A stretch of DNA of 64,000 bases from Octopus bimaculoides (lineage: Eukaryota): positions 18,662,661 to 18,726,660 of the forward strand of contig NC_069006.1 in NCBI RefSeq assembly GCF_001194135.2, written 5' to 3'. A model generated the notes under the pieces. It was given only the letters and a program-made list of their open reading frames with translations. It was not told where the DNA came from and searched no databases. The position numbers were made by a program, and so were the translations under genes. Positions 63,659 through 64,000 of the stretch are shown here, in pieces. The number at the start of each line of letters is the position of its first letter. Position 1 is the first letter of the stretch.

Positions 63659-64000
63659 AACACACACATATATATATTACATAATCTTTTATTTAAATAG
63701 TAAGTTTCAGTCAGCGTGTAACAAGACACCTGTAATAAGATCCCTGATATAGACAAATATTCAGATAAACAACAAAGTAGGGGTGACCATATATAGTAAC
63801 TGAATGTGTCTGAGAAGTCTCATATGACTTGACATATACCCACTTGCACTTTGCAGGGATCACCTTAAATCAGAGGTTTTGAAGGCATGGGCTGGGGCAA
63901 TGTTCTTGACCTCTTTCCAGACTATTATTTTGTAGTTGTGTGAGCCATTAGGATCCTAATGAGAAAAACCTCTATATAAGAAATAGCAGTGGAATCTCCC

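Overview
AT-rich, repeat-dense animal genomic DNA from a fragmented draft assembly, with many N gaps flanked by (TA)n and abundant (CA)n, (GA)n, (GAT)n and (AAT)n. The SINE repertoire and microsatellite load resemble an octopod cephalopod genome (inference; not verified by search). No intact host protein-coding gene can be supported: the supplied ORFs are microsatellite translations, N-runs or transposon debris. The window holds three or more tRNA-derived SINE families (dozens of copies), decayed mariner (DD34D) and maT-like (DD37D) transposons, piggyBac-like and hAT MITEs, an RTE-type LINE, R4/Dong and HERO-like RLE retrotransposon fragments, and two decayed Penelope-like elements (PLEs) of different types, one near full length at about 28.0-29.6 kb. 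Most notable: five separate type-I hammerhead-ribozyme-like motifs, four with a palindromic stem III and two with 63-76 nt structured insertions in stem II. There are also several long fold-back elements. SINE and fragment boundaries are approximate (about 10-20 nt); family names A-E are my own labels.
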